Position numbers and translations under genes: made by a program
Part shown: piece after piece, positions 23,293-35,620 of the stretch
Layout of the letters: every line of letters begins with the position of its first letter
Numbering within the stretch: the stretch's first letter is position 1
Assembly: GCF_006345805.1 (NCBI RefSeq)
Contig: NC_043012.1
Location: forward strand, 44,702,001 to 44,766,000
Source of the DNA: Octopus sinensis
Taxonomy: Eukaryota
Length of the DNA: 64,000 nt
Reading direction: 5' to 3'
The notes under the pieces: generated by a model
Told to the model about the DNA's origin: nothing
The model's input: the letters and a program-made list of their open reading frames with translations, nothing else
Database searches by the model: none

Positions 23293-24739
23293 TCATATAT
23301 CGAATACCATTTCGAAATTTTATTACGGTCGGTTACATGAGTTTTTTTATTTGTTTCAAACTTCACTATTTTTTTCATTTTTATTATGAACGCATCTTCC
23401 TCTGCTTTAATTTTTATTTCTTCTAAAGTGACAGGTAGTTCGCGTACTACATTGCAGAGTATATTTTTTATTTGGATTTCGGCTTTTAATGCCACCATTA
23501 CCATGTTCTCTAACAGTTCATTGTACTTAGTAATCAATCTTAGCAGCCCATCCGCGTGTCCTAATTTTTTCAATGGTAGAAATTCCATCTTTAAATCATG
23601 ATTTAGCAGGATAGTCCCCAGCGCTGCAATCGCTTGGCTGTATGCGTCGGGATACCCCTTTTTGATCCGTAAATTGATAACAATGGGCGATGATCTGTTT
23701 GCAGACTGAATTTCCTTCCCTGTATGAATTTGTGAAATTTTTTCACCGCAAAAATAATGGCCAGTGCCTCCTCAATTTGGCTGTAGTTTTTGTCAGTGAA
23801 CGTGAAGCATGAACTATGGGTTTTACGCTACCATTTTCATACTTGTGTTAAATTACCTCTACTATACCACTTTCGTTAGCACCAACAAGTTTTTTATTTG
23901 GATCTAAGTGCGATAATGACAGTTCCGATTTTAAAACTTTTAAAAATTTCTTCGAACGCTTTTTCACACCTGTCTGGCCAATACCATTTTACGCCCTTTC
24001 TCAATTGGTTGTTTGGGAGTGCTCTTAGCTCATGCATGTTTGGTAATAGTTCGCGAGCCCTAAGAACGCTTGTAATGGTGTAATATTTTTCGGAGTAAGC
24101 ATACTTTTTATTGCCGTCGATCTTGAAGGATGTTGCCTGCGACCATTTTTATCAATACTTTATTTCTGGCATAAAAATTCACATTTCCCATCGCTAAGTT
24201 TGAACCCATACACCTTTATCTTCTCAAAAACCATTTTAACATGTTACTCATACTGATCTAACTTTCTAACTTTCTAATTGTCCAGCTTTCCTCAGGCCAC
24301 CGGTCAATTTTCCCACAACACTTACACATCAAATGAAGAAAGCAAAATCACTTTTACCGACTTCACAAAAGGTACACTGGAACAAGTGCTACCAAGAAAC
24401 GCAAGCAAGCTTTTTGTTAATCATCAACAAAATCCTTATCATTGACACTGCAGCAAACACAATCGGCAGAATAATTATAAACGTACCCGCAAACATATTT
24501 CCCAAAGCAACAAAGAATATCACCCAATTAAACATCAGAAATAGCCAACTTCATAAGAATCAGCAACATCTGCAGCACAGTTTTCCACAAAATCTCACTC
24601 AACTGAAATAAAACTCAAACATATATACAAAGAAATAAGAAATAAAATAAATCATTGAAAAGCAGAAATGGTAAAAATCTAACATAAACTACAAATGAAA
24701 TCTGGTTTGAGCCTCATAAAGGCCGGATTTTTGAGACGT

Positions 24740-24945
24740 TTAGGCAAGCGAAGGAACAAGACTAGCACTATAAGTGGGATGTCAATATGTTGCAGGGTTA
24801 ACTCTTAGCTATTGTTGGTACCCAATTTCAGGTGAGTGAACTTGAACAACATAAAGTGCCTTGCTCAAGAACACACCACGCCGTCTGTTTTACGAATCGA
24901 ACCCACATCCTAGCGATTATGAGCTCGATGCGCAAACCCTGCAGA
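24740..24945 (-). mobile_element. tRNA-derived SINE family C
   Basis: Minus strand GCATCGAGCTCATAATCGCTAGGATGTGGGTTCGATTCG (B box)..GTGTTCTTGAGCAAGGCACTTTA. Confidence 0.65.
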
Positions 24946-26099
24946 CCCGCTTCTCTCTCTCTCTCACACACACATGCATATGTATGAATGTATATTTGTA
25001 TAAATGTATATACGTATACATATGTATGTATGTATGTATCAGTATCTTTGTGTTAACATCGCTTTGAAAGTAGTGTTATTACAAATGACCTATGAATTAG
25101 CGGCTCGAAAAACTGAGATTGATTAAATAAGGACCAAACTGAAATGAGTGCTGGGGTCAGTATGATGAAGTAAACTCTTGAAGGTGTTACCCTAGCAGGA
25201 TTGTTGTTCAGTGATTGTAATCAGGAGAAGTGTAAAAGATATACATGTCAAGAAATTCTCTCTCCTACCATTCCTATTTCTGTCACAGTCTTTATATGTA
25301 ATAAATTTATTAACACATACATAAATGCACGTACACACACACAGTCACACACGAACACACACACACACACACACACACACACGAATAAATGCTTGCTACT
25401 TTGTTAACTTGTTTGTGTATCAGTGATGTTGTGGTAACAGTTTCAATTTGAAAATTGAATGAATAATCACGCGAGAATCATCTAATTATTTTGTATTTAT
25501 TCATTTAATTATTTATTTCATTTTTTGAAAAAAAAATATTCAAGAAGTCAAAACTTCAACACGCAACTGCTGTTCAACACTTCAATATTCTTTATGAGAA
25601 GATGGCAAAGTAAAAACGAAAATATGTGGAGAAGGAATGAAAAATTACAAGATTCATATCATGGAAATTTTTGTCACATCATATATCTTATTAAAAATAT
25701 TTTCTCTTTTTTTTTTTCTTTCTTATTCATTTACTGTAAATTGTCATGTTTTATTAGCGAAGTCTTTCTGATGATTTATGGACAACATAAATTGTTGTCT
25801 GAAATGATATGTTGGCAGCATTTAGCTTGTTAATTGTTTTCATGTATATACATAACTTTCCTCCTTCTCATACATGTCACATACATATACATAAATATTT
25901 TAGATGTTAAATATTTAATTCTTAGAACGACACAAGGTCACACTTTCGGAAAGAAAGTGTTTGGTCGTTTAGATCAATCCAGTTTTGAAAGAGATACTTA
26001 CTTTACCGATCCTGGATGGATAAAAATCAACGCCAATCTTAAGAGGAGTTGATTTTCTTAAGAGGAATCAAACACCGTACCTCTCAGATACCGACTGAA

Positions 26100-27470
26100 A
26101 CAGGATTGTAGCTCAGTCAAAGAGATGAGCTGTGGAAGAGCGAGTCTAATAAACGGTGACCTCATCTGATCAGAAAACGCTGGCTATGTCGTAGCCTCAG
26201 CACAGGCCTGCGCATCCCCAGTCATGGCATGTTTATCTCCCCGCCCCATTTAGCGGATGTTGACAACAAATGGAGTGCCTCTCCAGGGAAACGAGTCCCT
26301 TCTGCAGAAAGCGAAAGAGTATGTACCCCAAAGTGGTCAGACGTAAACTGGGACAAGGTACGACGGGGGCGATGTATGCATTCGCCACTTCTGCCTGATC
26401 TTTCAGAGATGGTGACGTCGTCTGTATATGCCGACACGGTCCTCCCACAACCTAGTTCGCGCGGGATGTCTCTCAATGTCTCTGATTTCAGCTTTAGTGA
26501 CTCTAGATCTGGCACATACAGAAGAGCGATAGGGGACACTCTTGATGGACCGAGCGCCTGGTGCTAAACGGTTCCTATAAGTAACCATTCACCTGAACTA
26601 CCGAGCAGATGTTGCTGTACATTGCAGCAAACAAGCCACAGAAAACGGGACCGAAACCGGCCACCATAAGGATGGTCGCCAGATATTGGTGGTCTACCTT
26701 ATGGAAGACTTTAGTTTGATCCAAATTGATCCGGTCCAGCTTCTTTACCCACCCTGTCTATGATGTATCGCGTGGGGTGAAAGATGTCATGGGTGGATAT
26801 GCTTGAAATTGCGCATGTTTGTGCATTACCAATCAGCTCCTCGACGACAAGCGCCAACCTTTTTGCTAACACTTTGGCCAAAATTTTGAAGTCTGCAGAC
26901 CATCCAAACCAAGCAAATGTAAAGCCCATAAGGAAGACCATCCAAACCAACAATTTTCCTCCTCGTGCAGCCCATCATCGCATCCTGAATTTCCGTACTG
27001 TTATGATCCTTTCGTAACGCCCCACATTCCTTACCGACAGTCGTGGCATGCTGTCGAGTTAGGCGTGCTGCTGAAATGCTAACATCTCTATTTGGGATTG
27101 AATATCATGCGTCCATTTTAGTCCACCAAAGATTGTATTTCGGGTCCAATGAGCGACTTTCGATCCTTCGTTCCTTAGGGCACGCGCCTTAACTCTGACA
27201 ATGCATCCTTCGTGCTTAGCGCTGAAGAATTGGTGCAGGGCCAATCTCTCCGCCAACACGTCAATTACGATGCCTTACTAAACCTAACAGATTCTACTCT
27301 TATTGTTGTTGTGACGACTGACACTGTCAACGCTCGCTTCACTAGTTGTCTAATCCAGTCTTTGCAAGCTTGACACGCCAGAAGTAACGCATTCAGCTTC
27401 CTGTAGCCAGATCCCTGCCTTCGAAGTCTATCTAAGTCGACCGTGCAGATCACACATTTGTTGTCTGTGT
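26100..27470 (-). mobile_element. L1/Tx1-clade ORF2 relic
   Basis: GSGYRKLNALLL; FFSAKHEGCIVR; SADFKILAKVLAKRL; VSAYTDDVT; colinear with 45590-47300. Confidence 0.88.
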
Positions 27471-27767
27471 AGCCGTCAATTTTGAAAAATAGATAACAAT
27501 ATGCTCTCCTTATCTACTGACATACAGATTAGAAAATAATGTCATACTGGCTGTTCCAACGGCTATTATTTCACTCGATTTGGGAAGACATATTGATATT
27601 TTCTGTTTTGAAATATTAAGTATTAAACTTTGAATCTCAAAATTCGACAAAGCAGCTCACTGCAAGGGAAGTACCTGGGTTATTTAGTAAACAGTCCAAC
27701 AAAGAATCAAATACCAGATAATAAAACAACCAATTTTAAAGAAAATTTTCTAACCAAATTATTTACA

Positions 27768-27809
<42 letters not shown>

Positions 27810-27829
27810 TAATAATAATAATAATTATA

Positions 27830-28242
27830 ACAACAGATTTGCTTGTTAGTTGTTTGACCTTAACCAGTTGACCATGTCCCTTAGTGACTGACAATATGTG
27901 CATCTCTGACCACGTGCAGAAGTAGTGGGGGAGCATCATAGCCGTGTGTTGAAAGGAATTCTTTGGATAATTCACCTTTGGAAATAAGGGTGGTTTTCTT
28001 TCAACATCCTTAAACAATCCTTATTCAGGGACCTTTTGAGTGGGATGGGCTACTCGACCAAAAGAAAATTCTAGCTGGGCCCACCTGCAAGGTCATGCGC
28101 TGTTTATCTTGATATGAGATCACCATGTCGCGCACATATAGTTGTGATGCATGTGCCTGGTGTACCTATGATGGGTATACTGGGCTTCGTATATTTTACC
28201 CCAGTGTCACTTTGATGGCATGCACTGCTCTCTCACTCAATG
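27830..28242 (+). mobile_element. Dispersed repeat family D, copy 1, flanked by TAA/GAT repeats
   Basis: Direct repeat of 29065-29420 at about 80% identity by eye; no ORF. Confidence 0.8.
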
Positions 28243-28329
28243 ATTTTGATGATGATGATGATAATAATAAAATGAATACAAGCGCCGCCATGATAAAGTG
28301 TGTGTGTATCTTCATTGGCTCTTATACCG

Positions 28330-28712
28330 TAAATACCAATATGAAGTAACAGAGAACTGGTATGAGCATGTATCTTGTAAAATTATGCAGGAGGTTGGAA
28401 AGGTAACGATACTCTGAGACCATGATTTTCAGACGAGTCGTGTAATCGAACACCGTCTGCCGGATATTGTCATACTGAATAAGAGAGAAAAATACTGTCA
28501 GATCATTTATGTAGCCATACTAAATGACATGAATGTTGTGAGTAAAGAGGATGAAAAAATCACCAAGGACTCCGAATTCTTAAGGCACCTGTCTTGCAAA
28601 AAGCAGCTTTATTGGGCACAGCGCACATCTTAAGGAAAGTATTATCTGCCTGAGGTCCTTGTTGTGACTCAATAGATGACTATAGACTCCGGTGCATTTT
28701 TAGCTACACTGT
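28330..28712 (+). mobile_element. R4/Dong RLE domain and 3' end, followed by (AAT)n
   Basis: Manual translation: ENWYEH..KVTIL*DHDFQTSRVIEHRLPDIVI..SKEDEKITK; LQKAALLGTAHILRKVLSA*. Confidence 0.85.
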
Positions 28713-28741
28713 GTTACGAAGGAATAATAATAATAATAATA

Positions 28742-28835
<94 letters not shown>

Positions 28836-28853
28836 AATGACGATGCTGATACT

Positions 28854-28935
<82 letters not shown>
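28713..28935. repeat. Compound triplet (AAT)n-(GAT)n-(TAC)n
   Basis: Seen directly in the sequence. Confidence 0.95.
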
Positions 28936-28936
<1 letters not shown>

Positions 28937-29420
28937 ATGCTCTGATGCAGTACCAGACAGTGGCTCTCGTGGTTTCTGATCATAACTGCTTGGAAGTGTT
29001 ATCATGTACATTGTTTTGTCTTGGTATAAAAGATGGGCTACAGCAAATATTCTGCTCAATACCAGAGATTTGCTTGTTAGTTGCTTGACCATAACCAGTT
29101 GAGCATTTCCCTTGGTCGCTGACGATATGTGTATCTCTGATCACGAGCAGAAGTAGTGGGGGAGCATCATAACCGTGTGTTGATAGGAATTCTTAGAGGT
29201 TTGGATAGTACACTTTCAGAAACATGGATGTTTTGTTTATCATCCTTATTAAGGGACCTTTTGTGTGGGATGGGCTACTCGAGCTGAAGAAAATTCTAAC
29301 TAGGCTCCACCTGCAAGGTCATGCGCCATTTATCTCGGTATGAGATCACTATGTCGTGCTCATATGGTTGTGATGCATGTGCCTGGTGTACCCTTATCAG
29401 ACGGGTAGTCATGATGGGTA
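28935..29420 (+). mobile_element. Dispersed repeat family D, copy 2
   Basis: Starts AATGCTCTGATGCAGTACC directly after the triplet tract; homologous to 27830-28242. Confidence 0.8.
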
Positions 29421-29859
29421 TACTGGACATCAAATTATCGAAACCATCAAGAATTGAACACAGAGTCACATTGATAGATTAAGCGATCTCCTTCAGTTTA
29501 CCCAGATTAACAGTTTGATGTAGTAAGATATATGAAGCGATGGTAAACTATTAACTATCTAACTATCTACATATCAAATGTGTTTTTATTTTCTTTGTGT
29601 TGGTGTTATTTCTGCTTCTGCTGTTGACATGATTGTCGTCGTCGTCGTCGTCGTCGTCGTCGTTGTTGTTCTCAACAACTTATCTCCAACTATTTCAATA
29701 AGTAAATAAATGGTCTAATTACGAAGTTTAAGTAAAAAACCCACCAGCAAATATACTATAACTTCTTTGAAGCAGCGATTTATATTCACACCTATTCAGC
29801 AACTATTTGCATCTCTCACTTAAAAAAATACAAACATAAAAACAAACAAAATAAGTTCT

Positions 29860-31130
29860 CATTCTTTCTCGCTTTCTCTCCCTTCCTCTCTCTCTCTCTG
29901 TCTCTCTCACACTCTCTCACTCTCTCTCACTCTCTCTCTCACTCACTCACTCTCTCTCACTCTCTCTCTCACTCTCTCACTCTCTCTCTCACTCTCTCAC
30001 TCTCTCTCTCACTCTCTCACTCTCTCTCTCACTCTCTCTCTCACTCTTTCTAGTCCTTCCTCTCTCTTTCTCGCTCTTTTAAAGCACTTCTTTTTCCACC
30101 TTGATTTCTCTAACACCTTTCCATGTCGAATTTTTCTTCATTCTCCGATTAATTTTTTTCCTCTCAATAAAAACCCTTTTTTCTCTTTCACTTTTCTCAT
30201 CTTCACTCGTTATCATGCCATTTCCCTTTCTCTCCTTCTTTCTTTCTCTCTCACTCACTCATTGTATTTCCAGTCATGCTCACTCTTATTTATCCTCACC
30301 CTCATTCTCTACTCGACCCTTCCTTATTCTCTCATTCTCTCTTCAATTCTCTTATCCTCCTTCTCACTATTTTAATTTCATTCCTTTCCCCATTCATTTT
30401 TTTCAATGCTCTCCTCCTTGTTGTTTATTTCTCCTCCGCTCTTCTTCTCTCTTTCCCCCTTCTGTCCTTATTTATGTCACAAACTCTTTTCCACTCCATT
30501 TCTACCAATTGCCCTCCATTTTCTCCCTCGTTATCTCTTCTATAACCCTATCCCCTTTCTTCTCCTTCCTTACTCCTATTTATCTCCCCTTCTCATCAAT
30601 TCCTCACTCCATCATTCTCCCTTCCCTCCTCACTCAGCCACCATTTTCCTTCACGTCTTTTCTCTTTCGTCTTTCTTCAATATTCTCTTTCCCACATTTT
30701 ACTTCCACCCAATTAATATTTTCTCGTTTCCTTATTTTCTCTCACTTTTTCTCTAACGATCTTACTAACCTCCTCTTTCTCATTCTTTTCCCCTCTTTTT
30801 CATGCATATTTTTTCTCTTCTGCCTCTAATTTCTTCTCTCTCTCTCCTTCTCTCTTTTTATTCTCTTCCTTTAATCTCACTCTCTCCCTCACTCACAATG
30901 TATCTTTCATTCTCATCTTTATTATTTCGTATACTTTTCCCTTTAACTCCCTCACCTAAGCTTCTCTATCTATTTCTCTCGCCCCCTTTTCCTTCCTTCC
31001 CAAACCCCCTATACACAGTCTCTTTCACTATCCCTTACTTCTTAATCTCTCCTTTTTAGCTGATTTCTTTCAATCTTATTCCATTCAATCTTTCACATAA
31101 CACCATCTCTCATTCTCTCTCTCTCCCTCG
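29860..31130 (+). repeat. 1.3-kb pyrimidine-rich (CT) low-complexity tract
   Basis: (CTCTCTCA)-type repeats at 29880-30050, then degenerate CT; ORFs are F/L/S/P artefacts. Confidence 0.9.
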
Positions 31131-31487
31131 GAGATATTTTCAAGAAAACTACACAAAATTAGGTCTCAATTTAGTTTAGAGGAAAAACGAAGAGGAAAAA
31201 AAAGAAACCAAAAACATTCAGATGAAGCAAAAAAAGGAAAAAAAAGCATTTATCGTATTTTTTCTTTTTTTTCTCGTTAATCCCTTGTTGTTGTTGTTGT
31301 TGTTCTCCTCCTCTTCCTTCTTCTTCTTGTTCTTTCTGTCTTTCTCTTTTTTCAAAAATACTAAGAGTAAGAGAGAAATAATAAAAGCCAGACATGAATG
31401 TTCCATACACACGCACACACACACACAGGCGCACGCATGCACACGGACACACACACACAGGATCACGCATGCACACACACACACACA

Positions 31488-31518
<31 letters not shown>

Positions 31519-32481
31519 CACAGGCGCACGGATACACACGGACACGTACGCACCTACGCACGCATGCCCAAACACACACACACACACACACAAATCACAT
31601 CAAGCAAACACGCATACTCAAAGTGAGGAAGGGTTAGGAAATTCGATAGGCAGAGACAGGAACAAAGAGAGAAGAAAGAGAGGGAGAAAAAGAAAGCGGG
31701 AGAGAAGGAAAGAGAGAAAGAGAGATAGAAAGAGAGGAGAGAAGGAGTGAAAGAGGAGAGACATAAGGAAGGGAAGAGAGAGTTAGGGGAGTTGAATGCA
31801 AGTTAATTCAGTGTAGCTAATGAGTAAATTCTTCACACATTGCACTCTACAGGAAGTCAGAAATCGAATGAGTAACCAGGTAAGTTTGCGTAGTTAAGGA
31901 GATTTCGCTGTATGATGTTGCCGAAGGCATTGGGAAATGGAACAAACTAGAAATAAACATTTTATGCATTCAGGCAATGTAAAAAAAATAAAACAAAAAA
32001 CAAAGTGGAAAGAATAGAAAACAATTCTATGTAGCGTTATAATGATAAACATACATCTACCAACATTCACCTATGTATGTATGTATGTATGTATGTATGT
32101 ATGTATGTATGTATGTATGTATGTATGTATGTATGCATGTATGTATGTATGTATGTATGTATGTATGTATGTATGTATGTATGTGTATACATATGCATGT
32201 ACAAACACACGTACACGCGCGCTCGCACATACACACACATATATATACGTGTATATATGTGTGTGTGTTTGTGTGTATATATATATATATATATATAGAC
32301 ATATATATTGATGCATAAAGCGAGCTGCTTATATATACACTACGATATATATATGTATATAGACATATGTGTACGGCTGTATATATATAATATATATATA
32401 TATAATATATATATATCTTATATACATGTTTATACACGCACATTTATGTTTAAACGTAAGTATGTGTATGTATATATATAT

Positions 32482-32513
<32 letters not shown>

Positions 32514-32661
32514 GTGAAATAGAAAGATGAATAATCTTGTAGTGGATTAATCAAAAGTTAACCGATACCTTAGTAGCAAAAATCACAGCAGTGAACAGCA
32601 CGGTTGGAGGTACAACCATCTGGCGTTGCAACCGTGCGTTGGTGCGGATAATTGAAATTAA

Positions 32662-32946
32662 AACATTATTGGTGAATTGAAGAAATGGAGCTGAACGCAG
32701 ATTGAACAGAAATCGTTTTATTTCATTCTACACGTGTTTCGAAAGGCACAAATTACCAAAATCCGATTGAATAATGGGACCATATTGTGTCTTTCTCTTC
32801 AGGAAGAAAAAAGGAAATCCGTTGGAAAAACAAAAACAGAACAGAGGCAGAGCAATAAACAAAAAACAAATCGAACTGTGCTCCTAAGAGCCCATGGCGA
32901 AACTCAATCTGCGTTCAGCTCCATTTCTTCAATTCACCAATAATGT

Positions 32947-32947
<1 letters not shown>
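32662..32947. mobile_element. Unit bounded by a perfect 44-bp inverted repeat and containing a hammerhead
   Basis: 32662-32705 is the exact reverse complement of 32904-32947. Confidence 0.9.
32721..32809 (-). ncRNA. Type-I hammerhead ribozyme
   Basis: Minus strand TTTCTTC-CTGAAGA-GAAAGACACAA...TTGTGCCTTTC-GAAA-CACGTG-TA-GAA(T)GAAA: stem II 10/11 pairs, palindromic stem III, GUA site. Confidence 0.88.
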
Positions 32948-32987
<40 letters not shown>

Positions 32988-33094
32988 GTGTTTATAAATG
33001 TATGTATATATAAGTATATATGCGTACACACACACACGCATAAATATTACGTGTATGTATATATGTATGTATGTCTGTATGTATGCATGTATGC

Positions 33095-33182
<88 letters not shown>

Positions 33183-33309
33183 ACATACATACATAGATCG
33201 CGCTCGCAATGCTCAAAGTTACATACAGATATATGCGTGTTTTTTATACACGTATATACATTTTTATATGAGTGACCTAATTTGAATGTGTGTGTGTGTG
33301 TGTGTATGT

Positions 33310-33745
33310 ATTCATATATATATATAATCTTTTACTTGTTTCAGTAATTAGACTACGGCCATGCTGGGGCATCGCCTTGAAGAAGTTCCTAGTCGAAAGA
33401 ATCGACTCCAGTACTAATTGTTTTAAAGCCTGGTACTTATTCAATCGGTTCTTTTGATGCGCCGCTAAGTTGCGGGGGTGTAACAAACGTAAACAAGCCA
33501 ACACCGGTTGTGAAGCAGTGGTGGGTGACAAAGACAATCACAGACAAACGCACACCCACATACATGTATATAGATATAACGACGGGCTTCTTTAAGTTAC
33601 CTTCTCTCAAATCTACTCACAAGAATTTAGTCGGCCCGAGGTTATATTGGAAGACACTTGCCCAAGGTGACATGCAGTGGGATTGAACTTGGAACCATGT
33701 GGTTGTGAAGCAAACTTCTTACTACACAGTCACGCCTGCGCCTAT
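33310..33745 (-). mobile_element. Full-length SINE family B
   Basis: Minus strand TATAGGCGCAGGCGTGACTGTGTAGTAAG head through the CCCCAGCATGGCC..CTGAAAC tail. Confidence 0.88.
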
Positions 33746-34011
33746 ACCCCAAGCTATAATATTACAGTCATCATACACATACACACACACACACGCACAC
33801 ACACACACACATACACACTCACTCACACACACTCATACGCACACACACACACATATACACACTCACTTAAACACACACACACATATACACACTCCCTCTC
33901 ACGCACACACACAGATATACACACTCACTCACACACACACACACGCACATACACACACACATATACACACTCACTCACACACACACACACACCGCACACA
34001 CACACACACAT

Positions 34012-34850
34012 ATACGAGGTATCAAAAGGTTCCCGGACTCGGTTGGTTTAATAAAAAATAACTTATTTACCGAAGCTTTAATATCGTCTGCCTGGAAATA
34101 GTCACCTTGCGCAGCAATACGCCGGTCCCAGCATCCCTGTCACTTTGCAATCCGGCCTGGAAATCGTTTTCCGTAAGCGAGTCGAGGAGCTTCTGTGATT
34201 CGGTCCGGATCTTGACAACGTTGTAAAAACGGTGATCTTTGAGCTGTCTTTTTATTTTGGGTAAGAAATGGAAGTCCGCAGGTGGTAAATCTGCCGAATA
34301 GGGCGGGTACGGAAGCGATACCATGTTGTTTTTGGCGAGAAACTCAGGAGTGAGAAGAGCTCGGTGACAGGATGCTTTGTCGTCGTGAAGAATCCAATTC
34401 TTCGCTCTCAGATCCGGTCGCTTTCGCCGAATGTCCCCCCTCAAACGCTTCAAAACAACACAGTAGAACGCTCGAGCGACGGTCTCGCCCTGGGGGATAA
34501 ATTCTCGATGCACAATACCACATTTCCGGGGGTGACGCTCGTGGCAGATCTTCCAGATCCCTTATCGTCTACTAGAGACGTTCTTCCGCTTTTGAAGCGC
34601 CCGTGCCACTCTATACATTGTATAGACCCATTGCTTCGGCGCCGTAACCTTGCAAAAGCATGCTCAATGTCACTGTAGCAGTCTTCCCAAATTTAACACA
34701 AATTTTATGCTGGCTCTTTGTTCCAACTTCCTGTCCATGACAAAATCGCAGAGTACAACATACACGTGACCACAAGAACACAAATTTCACAACGAAATAA
34801 ACACAGCAATATTATGCGGCACATTGCTTCATGAAGGCCACTGATAGTTC
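34012..34850 (-). mobile_element. Mariner (Tc1/mariner) element with internally deleted transposase
   Basis: C-terminal WILHDDKASCH..PYPPYSADLPPADFHF (34067-34513); N-terminal MDRKLEQRASIKFCVKFGKTAT from ATG 34738 (manual); TA + CGAGGTATCAAAAGGTTCC TIR at about 34012; other TIR lost at a SINE. Confidence 0.92.
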
Positions 34851-34852
34851 TC

Positions 34853-35130
34853 ATTGCTTTTCATCCTTTCGATGTCGATTAAATAAGTACCAGTTACGCA
34901 CTGGGATCGATATAATCGACTTAATCCGTTTGTCTGTCCTTGTTTGTCCTCTCTGTGTTTAGCCCCTTGTGGGTAGTAAAGAAATAGGTATTTCGTCTGC
35001 CGCTACGTTCTGTGTTCAAATTCCGCCGAGGTCCACTTTCGGGATCGGTAAATGGTGTACTAGTTACGTACTGGGGTCGATCTAATCGACTGGCCCCTCC
35101 CCCAAAATTGTGCCTAGAGTAGAAAAGAAT
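34853..35130 (+). mobile_element. SINE family A with tandem body duplication (tail 1, then B-box body with tail 2)
   Basis: Junction AAAGAAATAGGTATTT|CGTCTGCCGCTACG. Confidence 0.85.
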
Positions 35131-35199
35131 ATTAAATCAAACGTTATTTTTTTGCATTAAGTGTTATTTATATTGTTTATATACCAGGATGTGCTACCT

Positions 35200-35620
35200 T
35201 CAGTGTTTTGGAATGTATAAATGTGTTCTAATTGGTAACCTGGTGAGTAGAACGGTCGTGTAGTAGATAGTGGTAAGTATATATTTATCATTTCAATGAA
35301 TTTAGTACTGTTGGTCTTGTTTTAAATGCTTGCATTTTAGTATATTGTCACGTAATATTAGTATTCAAGGGTTGTTTGGTGTATTTAAGTACTGGATGCA
35401 TGAATTTATGCAATTTAGGAGGCTTACCTTGTGTTATTGGGTTATAGTTTGGAATCTGAGCTGTCTCTGTTGATATTCGAGATTGTCTCCTGGATTATGG
35501 CGATGTTAATATCGTATATAACGAAGTTTTTTAGTTCCATAAAAGGTATTTTAAACTTGCAACTTTTATTCATATTGCAGTGTGATTATACAAGATGTAC
35601 ATTTGCTACTTGTGTCGTTT
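35200..35620 (-). mobile_element. Decayed LINE APE-endonuclease N-terminal fragment
   Basis: Manual translation: MELKNFVIYDINIAIIQET..QIPNYNPI..EMINIYLP, resembling the QET and NIY.P motifs. Confidence 0.5.

Larger units (their letters stand above)
20870..24600 (-). mobile_element. Gypsy/Ty3 LTR retrotransposon relic (RT end, RNase H, integrase, PPT, 3' LTR); no 5' LTR found
   Basis: DSYTKWPE..FARYGVPDTVVSDNGTQFT (integrase), HADGLLRL, NYSQIEEALAIIF and QTDHRP (RNase H, manual); interrupted by SINEs. Confidence 0.92.

Noticed and set aside
25767-25806. CTGATGA followed by a TTTATG/CATAAA stem
   Set aside because: GAAA does not follow the stem, and there are no stems I or III.
30101-30829. 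242-aa hydrophobic ORF
   Set aside because: F/L/S/P bias arises from the CT-rich low-complexity strand, which has few stop codons.
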